Positions 1 to 9,971 are shown, counted from the stretch's first letter. The stretch: DNA of 64,000 nucleotides from Candidatus Latescibacterota bacterium (GCA_965248755.1 OZ252149.1:1120001-1184000); one strand, 5' to 3'. The notes: generated by a model from the letters alone, not told the origin. Made by a program: numbers and translations.

Positions 1-1
1 G

Positions 2-604
2 AGTAACATCTACTCTCTGCCCCGCGTGCTCACGCTGCGACCTGACGGCACATTAGGCCAGGAGCCGGTGGAGGAACTCAAGAGTCTGCGGCGGCAGCAC
101 TGGCACTACGAGCGGATGCCGATTACCGAATCCGGATCGAATTTTGTGCCGAAAGTCCAGGGAGATATGCTGGAGATCATCGCGGTGATTGACCCCGGTG
201 ACGCCGATGCCGTCGGCATCAAGGTTCTCTGTTCGCCCGACCGCAAGGAGCAGACGCTCTTCATCTACGACCGCAAGAAGAGAGAGTTCATCGCCGATCA
301 GACCCACGCAAGCCTCGACCCCGAAACGCTGGTCATGAGAAAGGGCGGCAGTTACCCAAACCTGCCGGTGTACAGCGGCGACCTGGATCTGCCCGATGAT
401 GAGGTGCTTGAGTTGCACGTCTTTGTAGATCGCTCGGTGATCGAGGTCTTTCCCAACAGCAGATTCTGCATGACGCAGCGCGTCTATCCTACGCGTGCCG
501 ACAGCAAGGGCATCGACGTGTTCGCCCGCGGCGGCGATGCGACGCTCGTCTCGCTGGATGCCTGGGAGCTCGAGCCGATCTGGCCGGTCACCCCGGGACG
601 GTGA
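2..604 (+). CDS. Glycoside hydrolase family 32 protein, C-terminal part (5' end outside window)
   Basis: Frame open from window start: YSLPRVLTL, then C-terminal beta-sandwich motif LHVFVDRSVIEVF..TQRVYP typical of GH32. Confidence 0.85.
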   Translation, partial: SNIYSLPRVLTLRPDGTLGQEPVEELKSLRRQHWHYERMPITESGSNFVPKVQGDMLEIIAVIDPGDADAVGIKVLCSPDRKEQTLFIYDRKKREFIADQTHASLDPETLVMRKGGSYPNLPVYSGDLDLPDDEVLELHVFVDRSVIEVFPNSRFCMTQRVYPTRADSKGIDVFARGGDATLVSLDAWELEPIWPVTPGR

Positions 605-658
605 GCGACAGCGGTTTGGCGATCATTGGGCAGGACACTTATTCGGCCGAATTTGGCA

Positions 659-689
659 AGCTCCTACCCATTTCAAATAGGTAGGAGCT
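659..689 (+). terminator. Hairpin downstream of GH32 gene (AGCTCCTACC...GGTAGGAGCT)
   Basis: 10-bp inverted repeat seen directly; its right arm is the start of the duplicated end module. Confidence 0.4.
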
Positions 690-886
690 CGGTACGAGGA
701 GATGGAATTCGGGGATACAAAAAGGCAGAGGCTGTTATAGTTACAGATAACACAAGGTAATGCTACAATATTAGGCACCTTTATATGTTGCGAAGAGTCA
801 ATTATTGCTGCATGTTAAGGTTTGCAAATATGCAGCTACTGCAGATGTACAAATTTTGGAGATTATCGGACGGTCGATTTCTTTGT

Positions 887-1066
887 CAACTTGGACATGC
901 GTCCATCACAACGACGCTGGATCGGTATGTTCATCTGATGCCGGAGGTTCACCGGGAGGCAGCGGAACGACTGGATGATCAGTTGTCTGGCGGATTTGGG
1001 AGATTTATAGTAGAAAAAGAGCAGAAATACGAAGCAAGGATTTACAATGATTTTTGTAACTCCTTG
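887..1066 (+). pseudogene. Tyrosine recombinase/integrase C-terminal stub
   Basis: QLGHASITTTLDRYVHLMP = box II His...catalytic Tyr motif; no upstream integrase sequence. Confidence 0.8.
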
Positions 1067-1073
1067 CTTTTAT

Positions 1074-1120
1074 TGGTGGGGCTGAGGGGGATCAAATCCG
1101 TGACCTGTTGTCTTCCAGAC
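1074..1120 (-). repeat. Degenerate 3' half of tRNA-Ala (att-site duplication)
   Basis: 47 bp matching 9979-10025 with 6 mismatches; match stops in the anticodon arm. Confidence 0.9.
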
Positions 1121-1411
1121 TGCTTTAGGTTTTCCTTCCTCTTTCGTGTTGTTTCCTAACTCTTTATTTTATTTAGGCTAACAACCCTTCGCCTTTTACG
1201 GTATTTCTTTCTTTTTCGCAGTGTTTTGGCTTGTTCCAGTAGAAATTAAGTAGAAGTTTGGTAGAAAAGTAAAGGACAAAATTTCCCAGGGCTATTGAGT
1301 GTTCCCAGAAGTGTTGGTTGGGTAGGAGCGAAGCAACGTATCATGTCCAATCAGGGCTCTCTCACCCCCGGACTGAGAACTGTAAACTCTGTGGCAACTT
1401 ACAATCATCTA

Positions 1412-1440
1412 TTGACATTCACTATCTTATTTTGTATCTT
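1412..1440 (+). promoter_or_regulatory. sigma70-type promoter facing island cargo
   Basis: TTGACA-17 bp-TATCTT; conserved in second copy at 9156-9184. Confidence 0.6.
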
Positions 1441-1568
1441 CCCTCCTGATTGATCGACACCTTAGGCAGCTACCTAATCCATCAGATCCCCTGTAGAATT
1501 ACTTATCAGGACAATAACGCAGTGTTGTATGGACTGTGACAGAAGTGGAATATTTTAGGGAGTAGAAG

Positions 1569-2576
1569 ATGGAACTTGAGACGAGAAGAATCTACGATGA
1601 AGCGATCGTAATAGACGGTCTGAACGTGAGCAATTGGAACAGCGTCGCCGTTTTCGACGCCCTGCGCGCCGGTAACGTTACCGCCATAAATGCAACTGTG
1701 GCGACCTGGGATAACTTTCAGCAGACCATGGACCACATGGCCGCCTGGCAGCGCCGCTTTCGCGAACGCTCCGACATCCTGAAGGTAGGAAGCACCTATG
1801 ATATCCGCGCTGCCAAGGAAAGCGGTAAGACAGGAATCATACTCGGCTTTCAAAATGCTTCCCCCATCGAGAACGATCTGGACCGACTTGGACTATTTCA
1901 CGCTTTAGGCGTACGGGTTATCCAGCTCACGTACCACGAACGGAACCTGCTCGGCAACGGATGTTGGGAGCGACGCGACGAGGGGCTTAGCAATTTCGGC
2001 ATTGACGCCGTTCGGGAGATGAACGCACTGGGTATCGTCATCGATCTGTCCCACGTGGGAGACCGGACCACCCTTGAAGCCATCGAGACATCCGAGCAGC
2101 CCGTTGCCATCACTCATGCGAACGCGCGCAGCTTTTGCGATCACCCGCGAAATCGAACAGAAGAATCGCTGAAGCTGATGGCCGAAAAGGGTGGAGTGGT
2201 GGGCGCCTGTTCTTTTGCAAATTTCCTTCCCACTGGATTCGATTCCACCATAGACGATTTCGTTGACGCCATTGACGACATGGTGCAGCGTGTCGGAATC
2301 GACCACGTCGGAATTGGCACTGACAACACGCAGGACCAGCCCCTCCCCTTCTGGCACTACCTTGTCTCGCAGCAGGGCACGAAATACCCCGCCACTTTCG
2401 CCGACACATCTCTGCGCTACGACGAATTGGTTTTCCAGCCGAAGGGCATGGAGACGCCCGCCGAATTTCCGAATCTCGTGGGCGCTTTGATAAATCGAGG
2501 CTACGAGTCGGAAGACATCACCAAGATCATCGGTGGTAACTGGCTACGGCTGTTTGAACAGGTGTGGAAGGTGTGA
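1569..2576 (+). CDS. Membrane dipeptidase (peptidase M19) family protein
   Basis: GVRVIQLTY, GLSNFG..VREMN.LGIVIDLSH, ITHAN, HPRN, DHVGIGTD motifs. Confidence 0.9.
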   Translation: MELETRRIYDEAIVIDGLNVSNWNSVAVFDALRAGNVTAINATVATWDNFQQTMDHMAAWQRRFRERSDILKVGSTYDIRAAKESGKTGIILGFQNASPIENDLDRLGLFHALGVRVIQLTYHERNLLGNGCWERRDEGLSNFGIDAVREMNALGIVIDLSHVGDRTTLEAIETSEQPVAITHANARSFCDHPRNRTEESLKLMAEKGGVVGACSFANFLPTGFDSTIDDFVDAIDDMVQRVGIDHVGIGTDNTQDQPLPFWHYLVSQQGTKYPATFADTSLRYDELVFQPKGMETPAEFPNLVGALINRGYESEDITKIIGGNWLRLFEQVWKV

Positions 2577-2816
2577 CCGGAACAGGATCGGAAGAGGCAA
2601 GCCTGTGGAGTTCATCGTATCGGGACGGGATCCAGAAAGGATTGGTGTTCCTGGTTTTGGCAACGGTGAAGAACTGGCGGCCTATGTGATCGGTAAGGTA
2701 GGCGGTTCCGTGGGCCTGTCCTCTTGGGGCGCCCGCCAATAGAATGTAGGATAGCAGACTTGCCCTTCCATATTTTAAGTAAACTATTTTTAGTCTTTTC
2801 ACTAACAGGAGGCGTC

Positions 2817-3617
2817 ATGCTTAGAATCGTGTTCTTACCTGTATGTATCGCAGTTTTCCTGGTGTTTGGTGTAAGCGCGGCTCAAGCTGCTGAGCCGCGC
2901 GCAATAATTGAAAAAATGATCAAGGCTATTGGTGGCCAAGACCGGCTTCATGAACTGCAGGACGTTGAGTATACTTACACTTATCACGTGCTCAGCGAGA
3001 ATAAGAAGGATGTTTCGCTCGAAAAATATATTTTCAATGGCGAGCTCTCGTGGGCGAAATACACGACCCGTCAGAAGTACGCCTTCCCGCAGATGAGTGG
3101 TGAGATTGTTCAAGGTTTTGACGGCGAAAAGAGCTGGATGCTCCGTGACGGGTCTGCGGTTCATAACAGCGATCCTCAGATTTACAAATTGGTCGACTTT
3201 TCCAGGAAGACAAATTACTATTGGTTCACGATGATGTTCAAACTGCTGGACCCTGGTATTATTTATGAAAATCAGGGTAGCAAAGAGGTCGATGGAAAAG
3301 ATTATGATGTCGTGAAGGTTTCCTACGAAGAAGGTGTTGGGGACGCTCAGGATACTTACATTCTTTACGTTAACAAAGAGACCCACCTCGTTGATCATTT
3401 CCTCTTTACTGTGATGGATTTCGGCCTTGCTGAGCCATTTTGGACGAATGTTTCTTACGAGGTGATTGAAGGCGTGAAATTTCCTACAAAGAGAAGAATT
3501 GTGGCTTCTAATTGGGAAGGAAAGCCTAAGGATGACAATTGGGTTGAGGCGACGTGCACGAACATCAAATTCAAGAATGGTTTCGATCGGTCGTTGTTTT
3601 CCGAACCGATGAACTAG
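2817..3617 (+). CDS. Secreted protein, LolA-like/DUF6503-like
   Basis: RBS AGGAGG before ATG 2817; signal peptide ending AQA; IIEKMIKAIGG and YDVVKVSY..GVGD..DTYILY patterns. Confidence 0.65.
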   Translation: MLRIVFLPVCIAVFLVFGVSAAQAAEPRAIIEKMIKAIGGQDRLHELQDVEYTYTYHVLSENKKDVSLEKYIFNGELSWAKYTTRQKYAFPQMSGEIVQGFDGEKSWMLRDGSAVHNSDPQIYKLVDFSRKTNYYWFTMMFKLLDPGIIYENQGSKEVDGKDYDVVKVSYEEGVGDAQDTYILYVNKETHLVDHFLFTVMDFGLAEPFWTNVSYEVIEGVKFPTKRRIVASNWEGKPKDDNWVEATCTNIKFKNGFDRSLFSEPMN

Positions 3618-3739
3618 CGTCGCGATTCCTAAACGTATAGGTATCATAAAGCAGGTTTATCGATGGTTCGGTCGAGGATGTCAGGGGTTGTTTGAGTGTC
3701 CCTCGTAGTCTGCCCCCACCCTTCCCTGGGCTGGCACAG

Positions 3740-3819
3740 CGCACAACACCGACTGCCAGCCTTCGCTTCGCTCCGGAGAAACCTGCTGCACAGGTTCGGG
3801 CACTCTCGAACGTTATGCG
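3740..3819 (+). other. attC-like imperfect palindrome
   Basis: CGCACAAC...GTTATGCG ends (1 mismatch), internal AACCTG/CAGGTT hairpin, directly before an AT-rich gene. Confidence 0.4.
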
Positions 3820-3878
3820 AAATTGCAAACGAGCTATTAATTCTCAAAAGTATGCTATCACCTATCAGGTTATACAAA

Positions 3879-5198
3879 ATGGTAAAAATAACTCTTGACT
3901 CAGAATACAAAAAATCACTGCTATATCTAACAAAATGGGTGGTTATTGCAATTCTCGCCGGAGTTATTGGAACATTCATCGTACGATCATTCACCTATCT
4001 ACTGAAAACTATAAGCAGTTACTTGCTAATCACACAACTACCTCTTCCCCTATGGAGCATTTTAGGTGCTGTTATAGTAGGAGCCTCAATCTATCGTATT
4101 GAACCCGGAGCATCAGGAGAGGGCATTCCTTCATATTTGAGGGGTATTAGTTATAACAAAGGTAAGCTTCCCTTCTCCGAAACTTTCTTTAAATTTTGGG
4201 CTGCCCTTGCAACAATATCAACGTTTGGAAATGGAGGTATTGTTGGCCCCTTAGGAAGGGTTTCGTCTGGTCTTATGTCATCAATTGGGGGAAAAATTGG
4301 ATTTTCTGATTATGATGTTAGAACTGCATCCATTTGTGGACTTGCTGCAACCGTGGGTGCAATATTTCACAGTTCTATAGGAGGAGGCATTTTTGCTGTA
4401 GAAATAATACAAAAATCTGAAATGAGATATAGTGATCTGTTTCCTTCAATTTTGGCTAGTTCGATAGCAGTTTATATATGTAAAGTTTTTGGATGGGAGA
4501 CCTTTTATCCAATCAAAGCAGTAAATGAATTCATGGACGTGAAAATACTTGGTTGGCTCTTAGTGTTGGCTATTTTAGCCGGCTTACTTGGTAAGGCATA
4601 CACAAATTTTTATGCAAGAATATCCAAGCTCATGAAAAGAGAAAAGGTTAGCAATATTTTATTGAAGGTAATCCTTGGTTCGTTTGTAGCCTCCTCATTT
4701 GCATGGGTTGTAAACCCTGATCTTCTTGGAACAAGCGAAAATATTATTGTCTCTATATTTAACAATGATAATATAATCTTATATGGAAATCTCAGCAACT
4801 CAATTCCAATTGCTCTTATTCTTATAATCATGCTGATAGTAAAAGCTATTGCAAATTGTATAACGGTCGGATCAGGGATGAGTGCAGGCTTCACTGGTCC
4901 AGCAGCTATCATTGGGATGCTTCTTGGAGCTTCCATGGCTAATTTATTAGGTATTGATAATTTTTCAGCAAGTTATTCTGCTTTTATTGCTGGGGGATTT
5001 TGCGGTGTGCTTGCAAGTAGTATGAATATTCCTATAGCAGCAAGTGTAATGACAATCGAAACTTTTGGTTTGCAATACAGTTTTCCAGCAGGACTTGCTG
5101 CAGTTGTTGGTTTTCAGGTGAATAGACATAATACCATTTATGATTATGCTTTTATCACTAAAGATGATGAAGCAAGCGACGATTATGATAAACGGTAG
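3879..5198 (+). CDS. CLC-family chloride channel/antiporter protein (start 3852 or 3879)
   Basis: GEGIP (GSGIP-like), GIVGP (GxEGP-like with gating Glu absent), GGIFAVE, GMSAGFTGP; many TM helices; much lower GC than neighbours. Confidence 0.8.
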   Translation: MVKITLDSEYKKSLLYLTKWVVIAILAGVIGTFIVRSFTYLLKTISSYLLITQLPLPLWSILGAVIVGASIYRIEPGASGEGIPSYLRGISYNKGKLPFSETFFKFWAALATISTFGNGGIVGPLGRVSSGLMSSIGGKIGFSDYDVRTASICGLAATVGAIFHSSIGGGIFAVEIIQKSEMRYSDLFPSILASSIAVYICKVFGWETFYPIKAVNEFMDVKILGWLLVLAILAGLLGKAYTNFYARISKLMKREKVSNILLKVILGSFVASSFAWVVNPDLLGTSENIIVSIFNNDNIILYGNLSNSIPIALILIIMLIVKAIANCITVGSGMSAGFTGPAAIIGMLLGASMANLLGIDNFSASYSAFIAGGFCGVLASSMNIPIAASVMTIETFGLQYSFPAGLAAVVGFQVNRHNTIYDYAFITKDDEASDDYDKR

Positions 5199-5334
5199 AA
5201 TAATTTTGAAGATATTATTCCTTTATGTCCAAGTAATTAGACATGAGAAAGACACATTCATACCGCTCCCCGGTCAGGCAAAGCATCACGGCCCACAAAG
5301 GGCCTGAACGGTTACTAAGATTGGAGGAATCGAT

Positions 5335-7107
5335 ATGGAATGGAATTGTCTTTGTGTAATAAGTATTATGTTTTGCCTTGCGGTTATTGCGCCTAATGCT
5401 GGTTGTGGGGCAAAGTCTGCGGCAGCGGAAGAAATTGAGATCCTCAAAATCACCGTCGGTAAGCCAACCTTCCTGCACCCTATGAGGTATCAGAATGCCG
5501 CGAGTCTGTCCGTCTCTCGGACTGGGGTTGTCGCGGCCTTCTATCCAAAGGGGCCGAAGTATTACCGAACGTCCACAGACGGCGGAGTCACCTGGGGGCC
5601 GCAGATGGATTCTCCGGCCCAACTGGGTGGCGGCAGCGCCAGCGTGGCCTTGCGCGACGGCGGAGTGCTCAAGATCCTCACCACTGATGAGAAAACTATA
5701 GGTGAAGCGGAGTTCCACAAATCCCCGATGACGGGAGAATACGAGGACGGCTGGTTCACGCTTCACTCGACGTTTGCCTGGTTCAACGACGATTTTACCA
5801 AATATGAAGTCGCGCCGGTCCAGGTCTACATGCCCGACGCTGTGACCACCAAACAGACCCACCTGGCCATGTCAACTTGGCCAATCTTCGCCGATGACAA
5901 GATTATCCAACTGGCCAATGGCGATCTGTTAGCTTCGATGCAAGGTATCTTCAAAGGCGACACCACAGCTCGCACGATACTTTGCCTGTCCAGTGATCGG
6001 GGCCACACGTGGCGTTACTACGCGACTGTTGCGGTTGACCCGGAGGACCCGAACCCGGAGCTCCCGGGATGGTACCTCGGCTACGCTGAGTCGACCACAG
6101 AGCTTCTTCCCAACGGACAGATGATCTGTGTCATGCGAACCCAATATGCACACATAAACGCAGAATACCGACCGCTGCATGTGAGCTGGTCGGATGATCT
6201 GGGCAAGACATGGACCAAACCGGTGGCAACCGAGCCGCACCTGATGAACATCTGCCCTGAATTAGCCGTTTTGGACAACGGCGTGGTGGCCTGCGAGTAT
6301 GGACGGCCGGGCTTTCACATCGCCTTTAGTCTGGACAACGGCCATACGTGGCAAGACCGGATCAGCTTCTCACATCTTCATGAGCCGATCATTACCGGCC
6401 AGTTCGACATGATCAAAGCTGGTCCGAACAAACTGGTGGCGATTGGCAACGACGCTGAGGGCTTGAAGGTGTGGCCGGTCTCCGTGGAGCGTGTGAAGGT
6501 ATCGCCGGCTTACGTGAGTCTGGAGGGCAGCGTGTTGGACCATCAAGGCAATCCCATTGCCAATGCAGCGGTCGAGCGCAGCCCCAACCGCTACGCGTCC
6601 GACGACTGGCTTGAAGATACGGAACTGGACGCCTGGGGTAGTCCAAACTTAATCGGCAATGCCAAGCTCGCGTTCCGATCGATTCAACCATCCAACGAGT
6701 ATCCAATCGTGCAGACAGACGCCCAGGGACGCTTCCGTATTGACGATGTCAAACTGGGTGAATACGTGCTCACCGTGGAGGCGGACAGATATGCGCCGCA
6801 GCATCGTCACATCAAGGTCGAGCCGGAAGCCAGGCCGCAGGACTTCAGGCTCAAGCCGGGGCGGCTCCTGCGCGGAAGGGTCGTGGATGAGCGTGGCAAA
6901 ATGATCGGCGGTGTCTGCGTTGTGCTGAATCGCTGGCACTGCCACACCGACCCATTTGGGTATTTTCACTGGTCAGTCGAAGCTCCAGAGCCAGAGCGGG
7001 TGACGCTGCGAGTCTACAAGCGTTACAGCGATCAATACGAGACACTCAAGGAAACAGTGCCGTTCTCAGAGCTGGAGCGCCAGCCGATCATCCTCCGGCC
7101 CAAGTAG
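5335..7107 (+). CDS. Secreted Asp-box (BNR) sialidase-like protein with C-terminal carboxypeptidase-regulatory-like domains
   Basis: Asp boxes STDGGVTW, SSDRGHTW, SDDLGKTW, SLDNGHTW; G.V.D..G.PI and TDAQGRF motifs; signal peptide. Confidence 0.8.
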   Translation: MEWNCLCVISIMFCLAVIAPNAGCGAKSAAAEEIEILKITVGKPTFLHPMRYQNAASLSVSRTGVVAAFYPKGPKYYRTSTDGGVTWGPQMDSPAQLGGGSASVALRDGGVLKILTTDEKTIGEAEFHKSPMTGEYEDGWFTLHSTFAWFNDDFTKYEVAPVQVYMPDAVTTKQTHLAMSTWPIFADDKIIQLANGDLLASMQGIFKGDTTARTILCLSSDRGHTWRYYATVAVDPEDPNPELPGWYLGYAESTTELLPNGQMICVMRTQYAHINAEYRPLHVSWSDDLGKTWTKPVATEPHLMNICPELAVLDNGVVACEYGRPGFHIAFSLDNGHTWQDRISFSHLHEPIITGQFDMIKAGPNKLVAIGNDAEGLKVWPVSVERVKVSPAYVSLEGSVLDHQGNPIANAAVERSPNRYASDDWLEDTELDAWGSPNLIGNAKLAFRSIQPSNEYPIVQTDAQGRFRIDDVKLGEYVLTVEADRYAPQHRHIKVEPEARPQDFRLKPGRLLRGRVVDERGKMIGGVCVVLNRWHCHTDPFGYFHWSVEAPEPERVTLRVYKRYSDQYETLKETVPFSELERQPIILRPK

Positions 7108-7110
7108 GGT

Positions 7111-7310
7111 CAAAATACTACGCATTACCGTTGGAGTAAGGATTTTTTAGAAGCAGGTAAGAAACGCTTGCGTGGAGATACAGTAAGAGCAGCCAATGCA
7201 TCAGGCGTCAAACATATTCGCCAGGAGAACGCTCATTTAAAGCAATTGGTAGCTGATCTGTCATTGAAGAATGATGTATTAAAAAAAAGCTTGAATGGTT
7301 TGGAATCAGA
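7111..7310 (+). pseudogene. IS3-family OrfA fragment
   Basis: HYRWSKDFLEAGKKRL...ENAHLKQLVADLSLKNDVLKKS with A8 run at the usual frameshift position; no start, no OrfB. Confidence 0.75.
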
Positions 7311-7398
7311 CAGGGCAGACAGAGGTCTCGGTTCTTTATTTGCCTGCCAGCAATTAAATATAGTACAACTCAGTAAATAAAAATTTAGGGCGTCAAAA

Positions 7399-8982
7399 AT
7401 GAACATAGATTTATTAATGGTGGTCTTATACTTTGTTGTAATATTCATAATTGGAATATATAAAAGCGCTGTCCAAAAAAAGGATGCGATCAACTATTTC
7501 CTCAGCGGTAGAAAACTGCGTTGGCCCTCCATAGCAATGTCTACGATTGCCACGAATATTCAAGCGGGACATTTTGTCGGTATGGGAGGCGCTGCATATG
7601 CTTACGGATTAGCTCAGGCAAATTTTGAAATTGGCGCCATTTTCGGCATACTTTTAGCCGCATTCTTTTTTGTCCCGCTCTATTTAAAGTTAAAAGTATT
7701 TACACTGACACAATTTTTTGAAGACCGCTTTGGTCCTTTTCTGGCTACTTGCTATTCGGTTTTTTCCATCATCCTTTTTGGTGTTATCTATCTTGGTGGT
7801 GCGCTCTATTGGGGCAGTTTCGCCATTAATGGGATTTTTGGTGATCAATTGAGCATACTCCATCCGGATCCTATAATCAGGCTCTACATCCTTGTGGTCC
7901 TTATGGGTTTATTTTCTGCTGTCTATGTTTATTTTGGTGGGCTTGCGGCTGTAGTGCGAACCGATGTGATCCAGATGGTTACGTTGTTGGGGGGCTCCAC
8001 CATCATCCTGGTGTTGGCGATAAAAGCACTTGGTGGTGTGTCTGAACTCTATAACCCTGATCTTTATGATGGCATTAAGACAGGTAAGGATCATCTGATG
8101 CATTTGTTTTTATCTTCAGATCATGAGAAAATTCCATGGACAGCGGTATTTTTCGGGATGTTATTAATGCACATTCAATATTGGGGAGCAAACCAGGTTA
8201 TCCTGCAGAGATCTCTGGCAGCACGTTCGGTAAGGGATGCTCAATTGGGATTAGTTGTAGGTGGCTTTTTGAAATACTTTGTGGCAGCGCTCATTATTAT
8301 TCCACCCATTGCCCTGGTTGGTTTTCATGAACGGTTGGAGGACCCCGATCAGGCCTACATTGTGTTAGTGAACACCCTATTGGCTCCGGGAGTTCGCGGC
8401 TTCGTTCTAATGGGACTTTTTGCTTCTCTTATGAGCACGGTCGATTCCATAATTAATTCGGTGAGTACGCTCTATTCTTTTGATATTTACAAGAGACGAA
8501 TTAATAAAGATGCGACGGACAAACAATTGATCCGGATCGGGAAGAATACCATTGGGGTATCAACCCTTGTTGGAATTCTGTTTGCATTTTCACTCATTTA
8601 CATAAAGTATCACGGGCTTGATTTTCCGCTTTCCCATCTGACGAATGAGATTTCATATCACATCAAAGCCGGTTTTACCATATTAATTCTGGCAGCAGTA
8701 TTTTGTACTGGAGCACCCAAGAATCTTGTGGCAACTGTTTTCGTGGCAAGTGCCGTTGTTTCACTTGCGTTTAAATATCTCATCTTTCCTGATATGAACT
8801 ACCTGAACCGAACCGGATGGGTGATTGTCTTGTGTTATGGTATTATTGCCGGAATATCGTATTTCTTACCAGGACAAAAGATCAAATGGGGAGAACTGAT
8901 TATTGTTGATACCCGGACTGTCGGTTACTTTGGCATGATTCTTGCCGTAATTTTGATTGGACTAAACATTATTTTCAGGTAA
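7399..8982 (+). CDS. Sodium:solute symporter (SLC5/SSS) family
   Basis: YFLSGR, S.IATNI, YFGGLAAVVRTDVIQ, NQVILQRSLAARS, LFASLMSTVDS motifs. Confidence 0.92.
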   Translation: MNIDLLMVVLYFVVIFIIGIYKSAVQKKDAINYFLSGRKLRWPSIAMSTIATNIQAGHFVGMGGAAYAYGLAQANFEIGAIFGILLAAFFFVPLYLKLKVFTLTQFFEDRFGPFLATCYSVFSIILFGVIYLGGALYWGSFAINGIFGDQLSILHPDPIIRLYILVVLMGLFSAVYVYFGGLAAVVRTDVIQMVTLLGGSTIILVLAIKALGGVSELYNPDLYDGIKTGKDHLMHLFLSSDHEKIPWTAVFFGMLLMHIQYWGANQVILQRSLAARSVRDAQLGLVVGGFLKYFVAALIIIPPIALVGFHERLEDPDQAYIVLVNTLLAPGVRGFVLMGLFASLMSTVDSIINSVSTLYSFDIYKRRINKDATDKQLIRIGKNTIGVSTLVGILFAFSLIYIKYHGLDFPLSHLTNEISYHIKAGFTILILAAVFCTGAPKNLVATVFVASAVVSLAFKYLIFPDMNYLNRTGWVIVLCYGIIAGISYFLPGQKIKWGELIIVDTRTVGYFGMILAVILIGLNIIFR

Positions 8983-9062
8983 TCGGTCGATACACAATTT
9001 CTTTCATAATTTAACTTGGGACGTAGCGAAGTACCCACCCCGGAGCCTTAACAGGTGTAGGT

Positions 9063-9235
9063 AGAGCAGGAGCGAAGAAACGTATTGAAAGCAAGCAGGT
9101 ATCACTGATCCCAAGACTTAGAACTGAATGACCCTGCGAGAACGTCCAATTCCTATTGACATCCACTGTCTTATTTTGTATCTTCCCACCAAATTGATCT
9201 ACCTCTTTGTATCTTGTCTCCTGATTGATCGACAC
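9063..9235 (+). repeat. Second copy of the promoter-containing block at ~1320-1460
   Basis: Shared AGGAGCGAAG.AACGTAT, GACT.AGAACTG, CTATTGACAT.CACT.TCTTATTTTGTATCTTCCC and CTCCTGATTGATCGACAC. Confidence 0.8.
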
Positions 9236-9328
9236 TAACATACCCCCCCTTGACAGAGCGACATATATTTTGCAAATTGGGGTTTGAGGCTTGTCCCCGA
9301 GTGATGCTGTCGGGGAAAGGATGTCAAA

Positions 9329-9559
9329 GTGTCAAGCCCCAAGGTGGAAGATGGTAAGCGCTGGACGGCGAACCGTAGGGCGGAGGTGGTGTTGGCTCTT
9401 TTGAGAGGAGCGGATGTATCTGAAGTGTGTCGGAAGAATGGAATTAGCCAGTCAGAGGTGTATGCTTGGCGTGATAGTATCTTAGAGGGTGGGCAGGAGC
9501 GTTTAAAGTCTCGGCGTGGTCGCAAGGATCCGAGGGAGCGGGAGGTTGGTCCCCGATAG
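9329..9559 (+). pseudogene. Transposase HTH (IS3-like OrfA) fragment
   Basis: RWTA.RR.EVVL.LLRG..VSEVCRKNGISQSEVYAWRD..LEGG; frame ends inside the 22-bp palindrome. Confidence 0.7.
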
Positions 9560-9572
9560 AATCAATCGGGGA
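9550..9572. repeat. Dispersed palindrome copy
   Basis: TCCCCGATAGAATCAATCGGGGA. Confidence 0.9.
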
Positions 9573-9791
9573 TTGGAGCGAAAGGTAGGAGCTCAGTACG
9601 AGGAGATGGGATTCGGGGATACAAAAAGGCAGCGGCTGTTATAGTTACAGATAACACAAGGTAAAGCTACAATATTAGGCACCTTTATATGTTGCGAACA
9701 GTCAATTATTGTTGCATATTAAGGTTTGCGAATATGCAGCTAATGCAGGTGTACCAAATTTTGGAGATTATCGGACGGTCGCTATCGTTGT

Positions 9792-9971
9792 CAACTTGGA
9801 CATGCGTCCATCACAACAACGCTGGATCGCTATGGTCATCTGATGCCGGAGGTTCACAGGCAGGCAGCGGAACAACTGTATGATCAGTTGTCTGGCGGGT
9901 TTGGTAGACTTATATTAGAAAATGAGCAGAAAAACGAAGAAAGGAGTTACAGTGATTTTTGTAACTCCTAG
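9792..9971 (+). pseudogene. Tyrosine recombinase/integrase C-terminal stub
   Basis: QLGHASITTTLDRYGHLMPEVHRQAAEQL, stop at 9969-9971. Confidence 0.8.
9942..9969. terminator. Hairpin just 3' of tRNA-Ala
   Basis: AGGAGTTAC...GTAACTCCT; partly conserved in copy 1. Confidence 0.55.

Larger units (their letters stand above)
679..1120 (+). repeat. Island end module copy 1 (direct repeat of 9583-10025)
   Basis: Colinear match over ~440 bp from AGGTAGGAGCTC to ...CCAGAC with scattered substitutions. Confidence 0.95.

Noticed and set aside
785..1159. 124-aa ORF (and 9689-9883) as a real gene
   Set aside because: Only the internal QLGHAS...RY stretch is integrase-like; the frame upstream of it differs between the two copies and the ORF runs through the att site.
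2835..3647. 270-aa minus-strand ORF
   Set aside because: Antisense shadow of the plus-strand gene that has an RBS, signal peptide and family motifs.
5262..5315. Possible MITE end CTGAACGGTTAC before the sialidase-like gene
   Set aside because: No matching partner inverted repeat or target duplication found.
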